Position numbers and translations under genes: made by a program. The notes below the pieces were generated by a model. The model worked only from the letters and a program-made list of their open reading frames with translations. It was not told the DNA's origin and searched no databases. Positions 27,961-38,148 of a DNA stretch of 64,000 nucleotides are shown here, in pieces. Source of the stretch: Candidatus Latescibacterota bacterium (lineage in GTDB: Bacteria > Latescibacterota > UBA2968 > UBA8231); assembly GCA_965242865.1 (NCBI GenBank), contig CBDETK010000013.1, positions 1,216,001 through 1,280,000 of the forward strand, given 5' to 3'. How positions within the stretch are numbered: position 1 is the stretch's first letter; every line of letters starts with the position of its first letter.

Positions 27961-30017
27961 GTTTCGGCCTTTAGCTCTTCCACCAAGTCGGCGACCGTGG
28001 CCAGCGGCCGCGAGCACGTCGAGTCGCGGCACACGTACGCCCGGCCGCCGACCGCTACCTTCCCCGCCAACAGCGGCCACTCGGCCGCGGCTTCCTCCTC
28101 CCCAGCCGCCGCGGCCAACACGACCTTATTGGGCAAAAAGCGCCGGTGCAGAGCCGCGGCAAAAGCACGGCATTCGGCCGGGCTACCCACCAAGGCGACC
28201 TCCGTGGGCTTAGCCAAGTACAAGTCGAGGGCACACAGCATCTGCGCTCCAGCGGCCGGCGCGCGGCGCAACAACGGCTCAAAGAGGACCAGCGTTTGCT
28301 CGCCTCGCTGCCACCAAGCCGGGTCGCCCTTCATCGCCCCCAAGCGCAAGAGCACCAACGCCCCTAGCGAGTTGCCCGAGGGCGTGGCGTTGTCAAATGG
28401 GTTCTTGGTGCGCACGATCAAGTCGGTCGCCTCGGCCCCCGCATAGAAGAACCCGCCGCGGTCCTCATCCCAAAACCGCGCCACCATCTCGGCCGCCCAG
28501 CGCTCGGCCGCGGCCAAGAAACGCCGTTCAAAACTCGCCTCGTACAGGTCGAGCAGGCCGTTGACCACCCCGGCGTAATCGTCCTGATAGGCCAGAATCT
28601 GCGCCCGACCGTCTTTGTACGTGTGCAGGAGGCGGCCCTCGCAGACCATGCGCTGCAAAATAAAGTCGGCCGCCGCTATGGCCGCTCGCAGGTAGCGGTC
28701 CGCCCCGGTGACTTGGTAGGCGCGGGCCATCGCGCTGATCATCAGCCCGTTCCACGCCGCCAGAATTTTGTCGTCGCGCCCGGGGGCCACGCGCTGTTGC
28801 CGCGCCGCCAGCAGCACCGCGCGACCGCGCTCTAGGACGCGCGCCAACCGCTCCGGCGCTACCCCGAGCAACCGCGCAACCCCCTCCAGCTCGTTTTCCA
28901 CGTGCAGGATATTGCGTCCGTGCTCAAAGTTGCCCTCCGGCACCACGCCGTAATAGCGGGCAAAGAGCGCGGCGTCTTCCTCGCCGAGCAGGTCCTCAAC
29001 CTCCTCCAACAGCCAAGTAAAAAACCGGCCTTCCTCGCCCTCGCTGTCCGCGTCCTGCGCCGCGTAAAAGCCGCCTTCGGGCTGGGTCATCTCGCGCAGC
29101 ACGTAGCCGAGGGTGTGCTCGACGACCGTGCGGTAGAATTCGTCTTGGGTCGCTTGATAGGCTTCGATATAGGTCCACACCAGCAAGGCATTGTCGTAGA
29201 GCATTTTTTCAAAGTGCGGGACGAGCCAGCGCTCATCTACGGAGTAGCGGTGAAACCCCCCGCCAAGCTGGTCGTACATCCCCCCCCTCGCCATGCGCTT
29301 GAGCGTGTGCTCCACGATTGCTAGGGCGCGCTGGTCGCCGCGTCTAACATAGCGGCGCAACAGCAGAGACAAGCTCATGCTCGGCGGAAATTTGGGCGCG
29401 CTGCCAAACCCGCCGTAGCGGGAGTCGTACGTGGATTTGAGCTGGTCACAGGCCCGGTCGAGGACCGCTTCGCCGGGGATGTCGCCCGGCGTTAAGAACT
29501 CGGCGTGCTGCTGGAGCGCGCGCATGAGCTCGGCGGTCTTTTCGGCGACGCCGGCGCGGTTTTCTCGGTAGTAATCCGCGATCGCTTGGAGCACCCGCGG
29601 AAAGCCCGGCCGCCCATAGCGGTCTTCGGGCGGGAAGTACGTCCCGCCGTAAAAGGGCTGCAAATCCGGCGTTAGAAACACCGTCATCGGCCAGCCGCCT
29701 TGGCCGGTCATGGCTTGCACGGCCGTCATGTAAATCTCATCGACATCGGGCCGCTCTTCGCGATCGACCTTGATGTTGATAAAGTGCTCGTTCATCCGCT
29801 GGGCGATGCGCTCGTCTTCAAAGGACTCGCGCTCCATGACATGGCACCAATGACAGGCCGAATACCCCACCGAGAGCAAGATGGGCCGGTCGGCCGCCCG
29901 TGCCGCGGCCAGTGCCTCCTCGCCCCAAGGATACCAATCGACCGGATTGTGGGCGTGTTGGCGCAAGTACGGACTGGATTCGCCAGCGAGGCGGTTGGTG
30001 TGCTTGGGAGCGGCCAT
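27957..30017 (-). CDS. YyaL/SSP411-like thioredoxin-domain protein
   Basis: [39 protein letters not shown]; ATG at 30017. Confidence 0.92.
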   Translation of the reverse strand: MAAPKHTNRLAGESSPYLRQHAHNPVDWYPWGEEALAAARAADRPILLSVGYSACHWCHVMERESFEDERIAQRMNEHFINIKVDREERPDVDEIYMTAVQAMTGQGGWPMTVFLTPDLQPFYGGTYFPPEDRYGRPGFPRVLQAIADYYRENRAGVAEKTAELMRALQQHAEFLTPGDIPGEAVLDRACDQLKSTYDSRYGGFGSAPKFPPSMSLSLLLRRYVRRGDQRALAIVEHTLKRMARGGMYDQLGGGFHRYSVDERWLVPHFEKMLYDNALLVWTYIEAYQATQDEFYRTVVEHTLGYVLREMTQPEGGFYAAQDADSEGEEGRFFTWLLEEVEDLLGEEDAALFARYYGVVPEGNFEHGRNILHVENELEGVARLLGVAPERLARVLERGRAVLLAARQQRVAPGRDDKILAAWNGLMISAMARAYQVTGADRYLRAAIAAADFILQRMVCEGRLLHTYKDGRAQILAYQDDYAGVVNGLLDLYEASFERRFLAAAERWAAEMVARFWDEDRGGFFYAGAEATDLIVRTKNPFDNATPSGNSLGALVLLRLGAMKGDPAWWQRGEQTLVLFEPLLRRAPAAGAQMLCALDLYLAKPTEVALVGSPAECRAFAAALHRRFLPNKVVLAAAAGEEEAAAEWPLLAGKVAVGGRAYVCRDSTCSRPLATVADLVEELKAET

Positions 30018-30037
30018 GGTAGGAATAATAATACGAC

Positions 30038-31531
30038 TCACGCGCCGTCGGCGGTAGCATCCGCCTTGCTTCCATGCGCCTGCAAGTACGCTTCGAGCTC
30101 GCCGACGATGGCGCGGAACGACCGTTCGGCCTCGGCGCGCACGGCCGCCTGCGCCCGGCCGCAGTGCAAAGGCCACACTTGCTCCCGATAGCGCGTTTCT
30201 AGGGCATCCTGATAGGCTGCGGGCACGGCCGCAATCTGCAAGGCGCGAATTTCGCCAAAGTTGATGTTCGGCGTCCCCACGCCGTTGGCCTGCGCGGCGA
30301 TCTGCGCCCGGCCCAGCCGCGTTTTGAAAAAAAACCAAGCGTAAAACGGATTGAGCCCGTCCAACCGGATCAGATCGACAAAGCAGCCCACATTGGCCGG
30401 CCCGCTCCCCACATACACTGCGAGGCGGTTCCGGCCCAACGCCCCGGCCCCAGACCGAGACAGCAGCAAATCCCCGGGGCGCACCCGGCTGCGCGGTGGG
30501 TCGTACGCGCCGGCCGGCGCAACGCGCAACAGCCTCTGCTCGTCGAGCCCGGTTTCGGCGATGTCGCCTTGGCGGATGACCGGCACACCGGCCTCTACGT
30601 GCTGCGGCCGGCACCCGGTGACAATCGGCCCGTACGTCAAATGGCAGATATATTCCTCCAACCGGACCAGTCGCAAGCGACCCGCCAAGCGGCGCACAAC
30701 CGCACGCCCTTGCCAGAAGCGCGGGTCCCAACGCCGAGCGTCCAACGCGCACTGGCCCACCCGCAAGAGAACGGCCTCTGGTCCGCGGCGCGCCGACGCC
30801 CCGAGCAAGCACCGGACGCGCTGGGCGTACTGGTCCACGCTCGGCCTCTTTCCGGTCGGCGCGAGCAGCCGGGCCTTAGTCCGGGCCAGCGGCTTGCTGC
30901 GGCGCAAGACGACCAAGGCCGTTTGCACCTGATTGAAGGCCCCCGGCAAGGCGACAACGGCCCGCACCTCAGCGCGCGCTAATAACCAGTCGCGCACGCC
31001 CTGCTGCCGGGCGTTGGCGAGGAATCCCTCGGGCAGGATTAGGGCCAGCCAGCCAGCGGCCCGGGTCAGTTGCAATGCGCGCTCGGCAAAAAGTGCCTCC
31101 ACCGGGAAGGCCGGCACCTGCTTTGGTCCAGCGAGCAGCCCGAAACGCTCGACCAAGCGGTCGGCCCCATCCGGCCCCAACCACGGCAGCAGCGGCCCCA
31201 CCTTGCCAAAGGGCGGGTTGGCCAACGCGCAATCAAACGACCCGTCTGCGACAGCGGGGAACGCGCCGAGCAAGCCGTCGCCGGTGTAAAAGCGGTCGGC
31301 CCGGCCACGGCCTTGCTCGGCCAACCGGCCGTCGATCTCAATACCCGTGGTCTGACAGGTGCGCCCGACGACGGCCAACAACGCCCCTTCGCCCGCCGCT
31401 GGATCGACCACGCGGGCGTCCGCTCCCAGCTCTTTTCCCGCCAGCGTCCGCACCGCGTCCCAAGCTAGTCGCGCTACCGCGGGCGGGGTAAAGTGCTGCG
31501 CTAGGGTTTTCGCGTTTCCCCTGTTACTCAT
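30038..31531 (-). CDS. Gamma-class N6-adenine DNA methyltransferase fused to an HsdS-like target recognition domain
   Basis: QHFTP, DPAAGEG (motif I), ANPPF (motif IV) and ILPEGFL; C-terminal GDLLLSRSG and [13 protein letters not shown] resemble an HsdS TRD. Confidence 0.8.
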   Translation of the reverse strand: MSNRGNAKTLAQHFTPPAVARLAWDAVRTLAGKELGADARVVDPAAGEGALLAVVGRTCQTTGIEIDGRLAEQGRGRADRFYTGDGLLGAFPAVADGSFDCALANPPFGKVGPLLPWLGPDGADRLVERFGLLAGPKQVPAFPVEALFAERALQLTRAAGWLALILPEGFLANARQQGVRDWLLARAEVRAVVALPGAFNQVQTALVVLRRSKPLARTKARLLAPTGKRPSVDQYAQRVRCLLGASARRGPEAVLLRVGQCALDARRWDPRFWQGRAVVRRLAGRLRLVRLEEYICHLTYGPIVTGCRPQHVEAGVPVIRQGDIAETGLDEQRLLRVAPAGAYDPPRSRVRPGDLLLSRSGAGALGRNRLAVYVGSGPANVGCFVDLIRLDGLNPFYAWFFFKTRLGRAQIAAQANGVGTPNINFGEIRALQIAAVPAAYQDALETRYREQVWPLHCGRAQAAVRAEAERSFRAIVGELEAYLQAHGSKADATADGA

Positions 31532-31716
31532 TGGTGTATCCCATTTGGGGCAATGGCCGCTTATTGCGGCTCATCAACCAGCCCATATAACAAACTGCCG
31601 AACAAACCATTGGGTGCCCCAGCGGCTCGCTGGCACACTTTCTGCTAATTCCATTTCCAAGCGCCCACCACCGGGACGCCTCACTCGCTTAACTCATCCA
31701 TTCTCTGGAGGAATCC

Positions 31717-32118
31717 ATGCCGACCTTAAGGATGCCCAACATCAACCAAGTCGCCCTCAGCGGCCGCTTGGTGCAAGACCCCGACTTCCGCTTCATGGAC
31801 AACGGGGCCGCCCGCCTACGCGGGCGAATCGCCGTCAATCGCTCCTATCGCGACCGCAATCAAGAGTGGCAAGAGGAGACCTCCTTCTTCGACATCATCC
31901 TCTGGCAAAAGGCCGCCGAAACCTTGGCCAAGCGGCTGTACAAGGGCACGCCGGTCTTTGTCACGGGCCGCTTGCAAAGCCACTCTTGGCGCACCGACGA
32001 CGACCAGCTCCGCGTCCGCGTCCAAGTGCAGGTGCGGAACCTGCAAGTCCTAGAACGAGATGCGGAAGGCCTGCCGGCGGAAGACGCGCAGGAAGAGACC
32101 GCCCTCCGGGCGGCTTGA
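31717..32118 (+). CDS. ssb: Single-stranded DNA-binding protein
   Basis: INQVALSGRLVQDP, IAVNR, KGTPVFVTGRLQ. The canonical DDDIPF tail is absent. Confidence 0.9.
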   Translation: MPTLRMPNINQVALSGRLVQDPDFRFMDNGAARLRGRIAVNRSYRDRNQEWQEETSFFDIILWQKAAETLAKRLYKGTPVFVTGRLQSHSWRTDDDQLRVRVQVQVRNLQVLERDAEGLPAEDAQEETALRAA

Positions 32119-32194
32119 GCAAGGAGCAAGGAATGTGCGCGGGCCGGCGGGTGCAGTCGGCGGATGAACGAGACGCGCCGCGCCCAGCCCGCGC

Positions 32195-33376
32195 CTATTC
32201 CACTCGCTCAAAGAGCGCGGCAATGCCCATGCCCCCGCCAATGCACAGCGCGGCGATTCCCAGTCGGACGCCGGGCTGCTGCAGCTGGTGCAAAAGCGTG
32301 GTGGCAATGCGCGCCCCGCTGGCGCCGACGGCGTGGCCGATGGCAATGGCCCCGCCTTGGACGTTGACCTTATCCCAGTCCCAACCCAACGCCCGGCCCA
32401 CAGCCAAGCTCTGGGCGGCAAAGGCTTCGTTGAGTTCGATTCGGTCGATGGCTTCGAGCCGGGTCTCGGTTTGGGCCAACAGCTTGCGGATCGCCGGGGC
32501 TGGGCCGATGCCCATGATGCGGGGATCAACGCCCGCGCTGGCCGTTCCCCGCAGATAGGCCAGCGGCGTCAGCCCGCGTGCTTTGGCCCCCTCGGCGGTC
32601 ATCAACAGCAGCGCGGCCGCCCCATCGTTGATGCCCGAGGCATTGCCCGCGGTCACGGTGCCCTCTTTGGCAAACGCTGGTTTGAGCTGACTTAGCTGCT
32701 CGACAGTGGTCCCGGGGCGCGGATGCTCATCTATTGCAAAGAAGGCCTCCGCGCCTTTTTGCACGCTGGGTATGGGCACGATCTGGCTGGCAAACGCCTC
32801 CTGCGCTTGGGCGCAGGCCCACCGCTGTTGGCTCCGCGCGGCGAATTGGTCCTGCTCGGCGCGGGTAATTCCATATTCTGCGGCCAAGTTCTCGGCCGTA
32901 ATCCCCATGTGGCAGTCGTAAAAACAATCCCACAACCCGTCGAGCAGCAGCAGGTCTTCAACCGCGCCGTGCCCCAGCCGCTGCCCCCACCGCGCCCCGG
33001 GCAGGATATACGGTGCTTGGCTCATGTTTTCCATGCCCCCGGCCAGCACGACCTCGGCCTCGCCGGTCCGCAGGCTTTGGGCGGCCAGCCCGATGGCCTT
33101 CAGCCCCGACCCGCAGAGCTTGTTGACCGTCGTGGCTGGCACCTCGTATGGCAGCCCGGCCGCAATGGCCGCTTGGCGCGCCGGATTGGCCCCGGCTCCG
33201 CCCTGATACACCATGCCCATCAGCACTTCATCCACTTCGCGCCCTTCCACTTGGCACTCCGCCAAAGCCGCGGCGAGCACTTTGCCGCCGAGCTCGACCG
33301 CGGTCACGTCTTGCAATGCACCGCCAAAGCGGCCCGTGGCCGTGCGCCGAGCGCTGACTACCACTGGATCTGCCAT
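32195..33376 (-). CDS. Acetyl-CoA C-acetyltransferase (thiolase)
   Basis: NKLCGSGL, NEAFA, GHAVGASG, LCIGGG. Confidence 0.95.
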   Translation of the reverse strand: MADPVVVSARRTATGRFGGALQDVTAVELGGKVLAAALAECQVEGREVDEVLMGMVYQGGAGANPARQAAIAAGLPYEVPATTVNKLCGSGLKAIGLAAQSLRTGEAEVVLAGGMENMSQAPYILPGARWGQRLGHGAVEDLLLLDGLWDCFYDCHMGITAENLAAEYGITRAEQDQFAARSQQRWACAQAQEAFASQIVPIPSVQKGAEAFFAIDEHPRPGTTVEQLSQLKPAFAKEGTVTAGNASGINDGAAALLLMTAEGAKARGLTPLAYLRGTASAGVDPRIMGIGPAPAIRKLLAQTETRLEAIDRIELNEAFAAQSLAVGRALGWDWDKVNVQGGAIAIGHAVGASGARIATTLLHQLQQPGVRLGIAALCIGGGMGIAALFERVE

Positions 33377-33405
33377 GTTCCACCTTTCGCTTATGCGCGA
33401 CCGCG

Positions 33406-33434
33406 TTGACGCGGTGCGGCCGCGAACTTAACTT
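33406..33434 (+). promoter_or_regulatory. Sigma70 promoter of tRNA-Ala
   Basis: TTGACG-N17-TAACTT, 16 nt upstream of the tRNA. Confidence 0.65.
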
Positions 33435-33450
33435 TTTGCTCAACTGGTAT

Positions 33451-33526
33451 GGGGCTGTAGCTCAGTTGGGAGAGCGCGGGCTTTGCAAGCCTGAGGTCGT
33501 CGGTTCGATCCCGATCAGCTCCACCA
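33451..33526 (+). tRNA. tRNA-Ala(TGC)
   Basis: GGGGCTG...CAGCTCCACCA cloverleaf with G3:U70, anticodon TGC, TTCGATC T-loop and encoded CCA. Confidence 0.98.
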
Positions 33527-33674
33527 AATTCTTCCCTCCCTCGCTCCATGCTCTTACCTCAAAAAATAAACCAAACCTCGCTCAACCTAAAGGCGAGAGC
33601 TTGCCCCGCTCCCCAAGACGCCATGTCGCCCCATCCAAGTGGTCGCTTTTCTAACCACGCGACCTATGATATAA

Positions 33675-35723
33675 ATGAAGTGCTCCGCATTTGATCGGAT
33701 CGCCCGGTTCGGCTTTATCCTGCTCATCGTCGTCCTCGCCGGGCTGGGCACCGCCCACATCCTCGTCCGCACGGCCACCTACGGCACCGCGTTCGGCACG
33801 GACTCCGCACTTTTCCTGTCCACGGCCCTGAACTTCCTCGCCGGCGAGGGCTGGCGGGATTTCGGAGGGGCCCCGCTGGTGGGCTGGCCGCCGTTGTTCC
33901 CCCTGCTGCTGGCGGCCTTCGGTTGGGTTGGCATCGAGCCGCTGGAGGCAGGGCGGTGGATCAACGCCGCGGCCTTTGGGCTGACCATCTTGGTAGCCGG
34001 CCTCTATCTGCGCTCCCAGCTCCGGTTGCAGGGGCTGGCGCTGGCCGCCAGCGTGGTCATCGCGGCCTCCGTTCCCCTGAGCTATTTCGCGGCAGGCTTC
34101 TTGACCGATCCCCTCTTCGTCTTGTTTACGCTCCTCGCCTTGATCCAGTTGGCGGCCTTCCTCCAGCGCGGTGGGTGGACGCCCCTGCTGTGGGGCGCGG
34201 TGTTTACCGCCTTAGCCGCGCTGACCCGCTATCCGGGCGTGGTGCTGATCAGCACCGGCGTCCTCCTGCTTGCTCCCCTCGCCCGGCTAAGGCACACCCT
34301 CGCCTTTGGCGCGTGCTCGTCCCTGCCCTTGTTGCCGGTATTGGCGCACAATTGGACGGTCTCCGGGTCCCTCGCAGGGGTGCGAAAAGGCTCGGCTCAA
34401 CCCCTATCCGAGGGGCTGAGCCAGACAGCCAATATATTCTGGAAATGGGCCATTCCCCCGCACAGGCCGGACGAACTAGTCGATTATCTCCTGTGGAGGG
34501 TGACCGGGCTGGGTGCGCCGGACTGGTTCGGTTCTCTCCTATGGACGACGACCGGGCTGGTTGTTGCGGCGGCGGTGGCGGTTGTCGTGCTATCTGGGCG
34601 CGGCTTAGGCATGGGCGAAAATCGGACCGCGCCGGCGTATTTCGGCCTAGCACCGGCTCTACTTTTCGGGGGGTTCGCCAGCGTTTACCTCGCATGCATG
34701 GTAGTAGTCTTTCCAATAATGCTCCCGGTGGCAATCTACGACCGCTACCTGCTGCCGGTGTATGTGCCGTTGCTGTTAGCGGCCGTGTTGCTGCTCGATC
34801 GGTTCCTGTCCATTGAGGTTGCGGGCCGGGTGGCCGTGGCTAAGTGGGGTCTGGCATCCCTCGTCTTGCTGGGGACCCTCGCCCACATCGGCTTCTCGGC
34901 GCAGAGAAATCTCCATCTTACCACCCAAGCGTATGTATCCGGGTTCCCAGAGGATGGGGCTTACAACGTCGCCTATTGGCGACATCACGCGACCCTGAAT
35001 TACGTTAAGGCCCACCTCCGCGATGGCAGGATTTACAGCAACAACCCATTCGTTGTCTATTTTGCCGCTCGGACCGCCGCCTTCGGCCAACCGCCGAATT
35101 TGCCGAGTGAGCTACGCAATTGGACGCAGGATGCGAGGTGGTGGGTCGAAGGCGGCGAAGACGAAGTGTATATCGTCTGGATCAAAGGCGACTATCGGGC
35201 TCAGTATCACGACTACAACCACTTTGACATTCGCTTCCTGCCCGGCGTAGAGGTGGTGGCCGACTTGTCCGACGGCGTGGTCTTCCGCGTAACGGCGGTC
35301 AAACCGTTCGATGAAGACAGGGTTCGCGCCGAGAAAAAACGCTACCAAGAACGCTACGTGGAGCAACTCCTCGCACAGGCCGGCGAGCGGGTGGTTCGCG
35401 CCGACTGGGACGTGTACCGCAAGGGACACAAGCTGACCTACTTCAAAAAGCCGTGTGCCCCGGCCGACGTGCAGGCCAAGTTCATTTTGCACATCTACCC
35501 CGCCGACCCGGGCGTCCTTTCCATCGCCCGCAGGCGGCACGGCTTTGACAACCTCGGCTTCCATTTCGACCAACTCAGCGCACTACACGCCATGCAGGTC
35601 GCCGACCAGTGTATCGCGATCGTCGAGCTGCCCGACTACGCCATCGACCGCATCCGGGTCGGCCAATGGATTGCCAACGAGAACCGCACCCGCTGGGATG
35701 CGGAGTTTCCGGCGAGCCGGTGA
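33675..35723 (+). CDS. GT-C (ArnT/PMT-like) membrane glycosyltransferase, paralog 1
   Basis: About 11-13 TM helices; TDS..FLSTALN..AGEG, WPPLFPLLL, LTDPLF, ALTRYPG and RYLLP motifs; soluble C-terminal domain with KKPC/FDNLGF. Confidence 0.75.
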   Translation: MKCSAFDRIARFGFILLIVVLAGLGTAHILVRTATYGTAFGTDSALFLSTALNFLAGEGWRDFGGAPLVGWPPLFPLLLAAFGWVGIEPLEAGRWINAAAFGLTILVAGLYLRSQLRLQGLALAASVVIAASVPLSYFAAGFLTDPLFVLFTLLALIQLAAFLQRGGWTPLLWGAVFTALAALTRYPGVVLISTGVLLLAPLARLRHTLAFGACSSLPLLPVLAHNWTVSGSLAGVRKGSAQPLSEGLSQTANIFWKWAIPPHRPDELVDYLLWRVTGLGAPDWFGSLLWTTTGLVVAAAVAVVVLSGRGLGMGENRTAPAYFGLAPALLFGGFASVYLACMVVVFPIMLPVAIYDRYLLPVYVPLLLAAVLLLDRFLSIEVAGRVAVAKWGLASLVLLGTLAHIGFSAQRNLHLTTQAYVSGFPEDGAYNVAYWRHHATLNYVKAHLRDGRIYSNNPFVVYFAARTAAFGQPPNLPSELRNWTQDARWWVEGGEDEVYIVWIKGDYRAQYHDYNHFDIRFLPGVEVVADLSDGVVFRVTAVKPFDEDRVRAEKKRYQERYVEQLLAQAGERVVRADWDVYRKGHKLTYFKKPCAPADVQAKFILHIYPADPGVLSIARRRHGFDNLGFHFDQLSALHAMQVADQCIAIVELPDYAIDRIRVGQWIANENRTRWDAEFPASR

Positions 35724-35826
35724 TACCGGACGCCGCGTCGCCCGGTGCATTCCGAGCCGCTGGATAACCGCATAGAGGGCAGAAGATCGCCCTAACTTGC
35801 GGGGCATCTATGAGGGAGAGAATTTG

Positions 35827-38148
35827 ATGAAGTGCTCTGCATTTGAGCGGCTCGCCCGGTTGGGGCGCGACCCCTTCGCGCTGCTCATCGCCATCCTCGC
35901 CGGGCTGGGCACCGTCCACATCCTCGTCCGCACCGCCACCTACGGCGCCGCGGTCACCTACGACTCCTCATTTCTTCTGTCCACGGCCATAAACTGCCTC
36001 GCCGGCGAGGGTTGGCGGAACTTCACGGGCTACCCGCTGGTAGGATGGGCGCCCTTGTTTCCCCTGCTGCTGGCGGCCTTGGGTTGGCTTGGCATTGAGC
36101 CGTTTGAGGCGGGTCGGCTGCTCAACGCCACCGCCTTCGGGCTGACCATCTTCGCCGCGGGCGACTATCTGCGCTCGCATCTCCGGTCGCGGGGGCTGGT
36201 GCTGGCCGCGACCGCGACCATCGCGGTTTCCCTGCCCTTGAGCGATCTCGCGTCCCACTTCTTGACCGATTCCCTCTTCGTCCTGTGGACGCTCCTCGCC
36301 TTGATCCAATTGGCGTCCTTCCTCCAGCGCGGCGAGCGGACGCCCCTGCTGTTAGGCGCGGTTTTCGCTACGCTGGCCGCGCTGACCCGCTACCCGGGCG
36401 TGGTCCTGATCGGCGCCGGCGTCTTGTTGCTGCTGGTGCGACGCCCCCTGCCGCTGGCCGCCCGGTTGAAAGACGCCATCGTATTTGGGGCCGTCTCATC
36501 CTTGCCCCTCGCCGGGGTGCTGACGCGCAACTGGGCGGTCTCTGGAACCCTGACCGGGTATAGGAAAGGGGCGGGGCGGTCCCTGTTCGATGGGCTGGGC
36601 CAAGTGGCCGAGGTGTTCCGGGCGTGGGTGATTCCCCCGAATGCGCCGGACGGGGTTGGTGCTCTCCTGTGGATAGCGGCCGGGCTGGTGGTGGCAGCGG
36701 GGGCGGTCGTCGTGGTATCCGGTCGCGGCTTCGGCCTGAGCAAGCAGGACCGCGGCGCGCTCTTGGGGTTCCCATTCGCGGTGTTCACCGTAGCCTACCT
36801 CCTGTTCATAGTCGCCATCGTGCCGCTGGTGATCCACTCTCAGATCCCCGCCCGCTACCTGCTGCCGGTGTATGTGCCGCTGCTGTTGGCCGCGGCGTTG
36901 CTGCTCGACCGGTTCCTGTCCATTGAGGCGGCGAGCTGGATGGCAGCCGCCAAGTGGGGGCTGGCGTCCCTCGTCCTGCTGGGCACCCTCGCCCACGTCG
37001 GCTTCTCGGCGCACAGGAACCTGACTATTACCGCCGAAGCACGAGTAGCCGGGTTTGAACGCTGGACGTTCAATGGCTCCTACTGGGCATCTTCCGAGAC
37101 CCTGCAGTACGTCAGAACCAACCTTCGCGCTGGGACGATTTACAGCAACGGCCCCACCTTGGTGTGGTTTTGGGATCGGACCGCGGCCCCGGGAAAGCAC
37201 CAAAAAATCCCGGACGGGCTTCACCATTTGACGTCGGCCCTACTGGCGTGGAGCACTGACGGCAGCCCATATATCGCATGGATTCGGAGTGAAGAGTCTT
37301 TTTACGCCTACGACGACTTCGACCTCCGCTGCCTGCCCGGGGTGGAACCCGTGGCCGAACTGGCCGACGGGGTTGTATTCCGCGTAACGGCGACCGAACC
37401 GTTCGATGCGGACCGGCATCTCGCCCGCAAACAACGCTACGTGCAGCAACTCATCGAACAGGCCGGCGAGCAGGTGGGCCGCTCCGACTGGGACGTGTAC
37501 CGCAAGGGACGCACGCTGACCTACCACAAAAAGCCGTGTGCCCCCGCCGATGTGCAGGCGTATTTCGTGTTGCAAATCATCCCCGACGACCCAGCCGACC
37601 TGCCAGCCGACCGCCAGCCATACGGATCGGACTGGCTCGCCTTCGATTTCCACAGACGCGGCGGCATCCGGCTCGACGACCAGTGTGTGGTGAGCACCCA
37701 ACTCCCCGACTACGCCACCCGCCACATCCAAGTCGGCCAGTGGCAGGCCAGCGACAACCGCATGCTCTGGCAAATGAAGGCCGAGGGCACGATGGAGCAA
37801 CTCATCGAGCAGGCCAGCGAGCGAGTGGTCCGCGCCGGCTGGAGCGTGTACCGCAGGGAACGCGAGCTGATTTACCGCAAGCAGCCGTGTACCGCGGCCG
37901 ATGTGCAGGCGAAGTTCGTTTTGCACATCGTCCCGGCCGACCCGGCCGACCTGCCAGCCCACCGCAAACAGTACGATTCTGAGAATCTCGACTTCTATTT
38001 CGACCAGTTCGGCCTCCGGCTCGACGACCAATGTACGGTGCTCGCCCCGCTCCCCTCCTACCCCATCCGCACCATCTATATCGGCCAGTGGATTGCCGCC
38101 GAGAACCGCACCCTCTGGGAAGCGGAGTTGTCCGGGGCCGGAGATTGA
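35827..38148 (+). CDS. GT-C glycosyltransferase paralog 2 (C-terminal domain duplicated)
   Basis: Same motifs as paralog 1, with two tandem EQLIEQA...LW domains. Confidence 0.75.
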   Translation: MKCSAFERLARLGRDPFALLIAILAGLGTVHILVRTATYGAAVTYDSSFLLSTAINCLAGEGWRNFTGYPLVGWAPLFPLLLAALGWLGIEPFEAGRLLNATAFGLTIFAAGDYLRSHLRSRGLVLAATATIAVSLPLSDLASHFLTDSLFVLWTLLALIQLASFLQRGERTPLLLGAVFATLAALTRYPGVVLIGAGVLLLLVRRPLPLAARLKDAIVFGAVSSLPLAGVLTRNWAVSGTLTGYRKGAGRSLFDGLGQVAEVFRAWVIPPNAPDGVGALLWIAAGLVVAAGAVVVVSGRGFGLSKQDRGALLGFPFAVFTVAYLLFIVAIVPLVIHSQIPARYLLPVYVPLLLAAALLLDRFLSIEAASWMAAAKWGLASLVLLGTLAHVGFSAHRNLTITAEARVAGFERWTFNGSYWASSETLQYVRTNLRAGTIYSNGPTLVWFWDRTAAPGKHQKIPDGLHHLTSALLAWSTDGSPYIAWIRSEESFYAYDDFDLRCLPGVEPVAELADGVVFRVTATEPFDADRHLARKQRYVQQLIEQAGEQVGRSDWDVYRKGRTLTYHKKPCAPADVQAYFVLQIIPDDPADLPADRQPYGSDWLAFDFHRRGGIRLDDQCVVSTQLPDYATRHIQVGQWQASDNRMLWQMKAEGTMEQLIEQASERVVRAGWSVYRRERELIYRKQPCTAADVQAKFVLHIVPADPADLPAHRKQYDSENLDFYFDQFGLRLDDQCTVLAPLPSYPIRTIYIGQWIAAENRTLWEAELSGAGD

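Noticed and set aside
27957-30812. 951-aa ORF
   Set aside because: The N-terminal extension is a shadow frame of the methyltransferase. The real start is 30017.
33451-33526. Integrative element or prophage at tRNA-Ala
   Set aside because: No integrase or phage genes, and no duplicated tRNA 3' end seen within the window.
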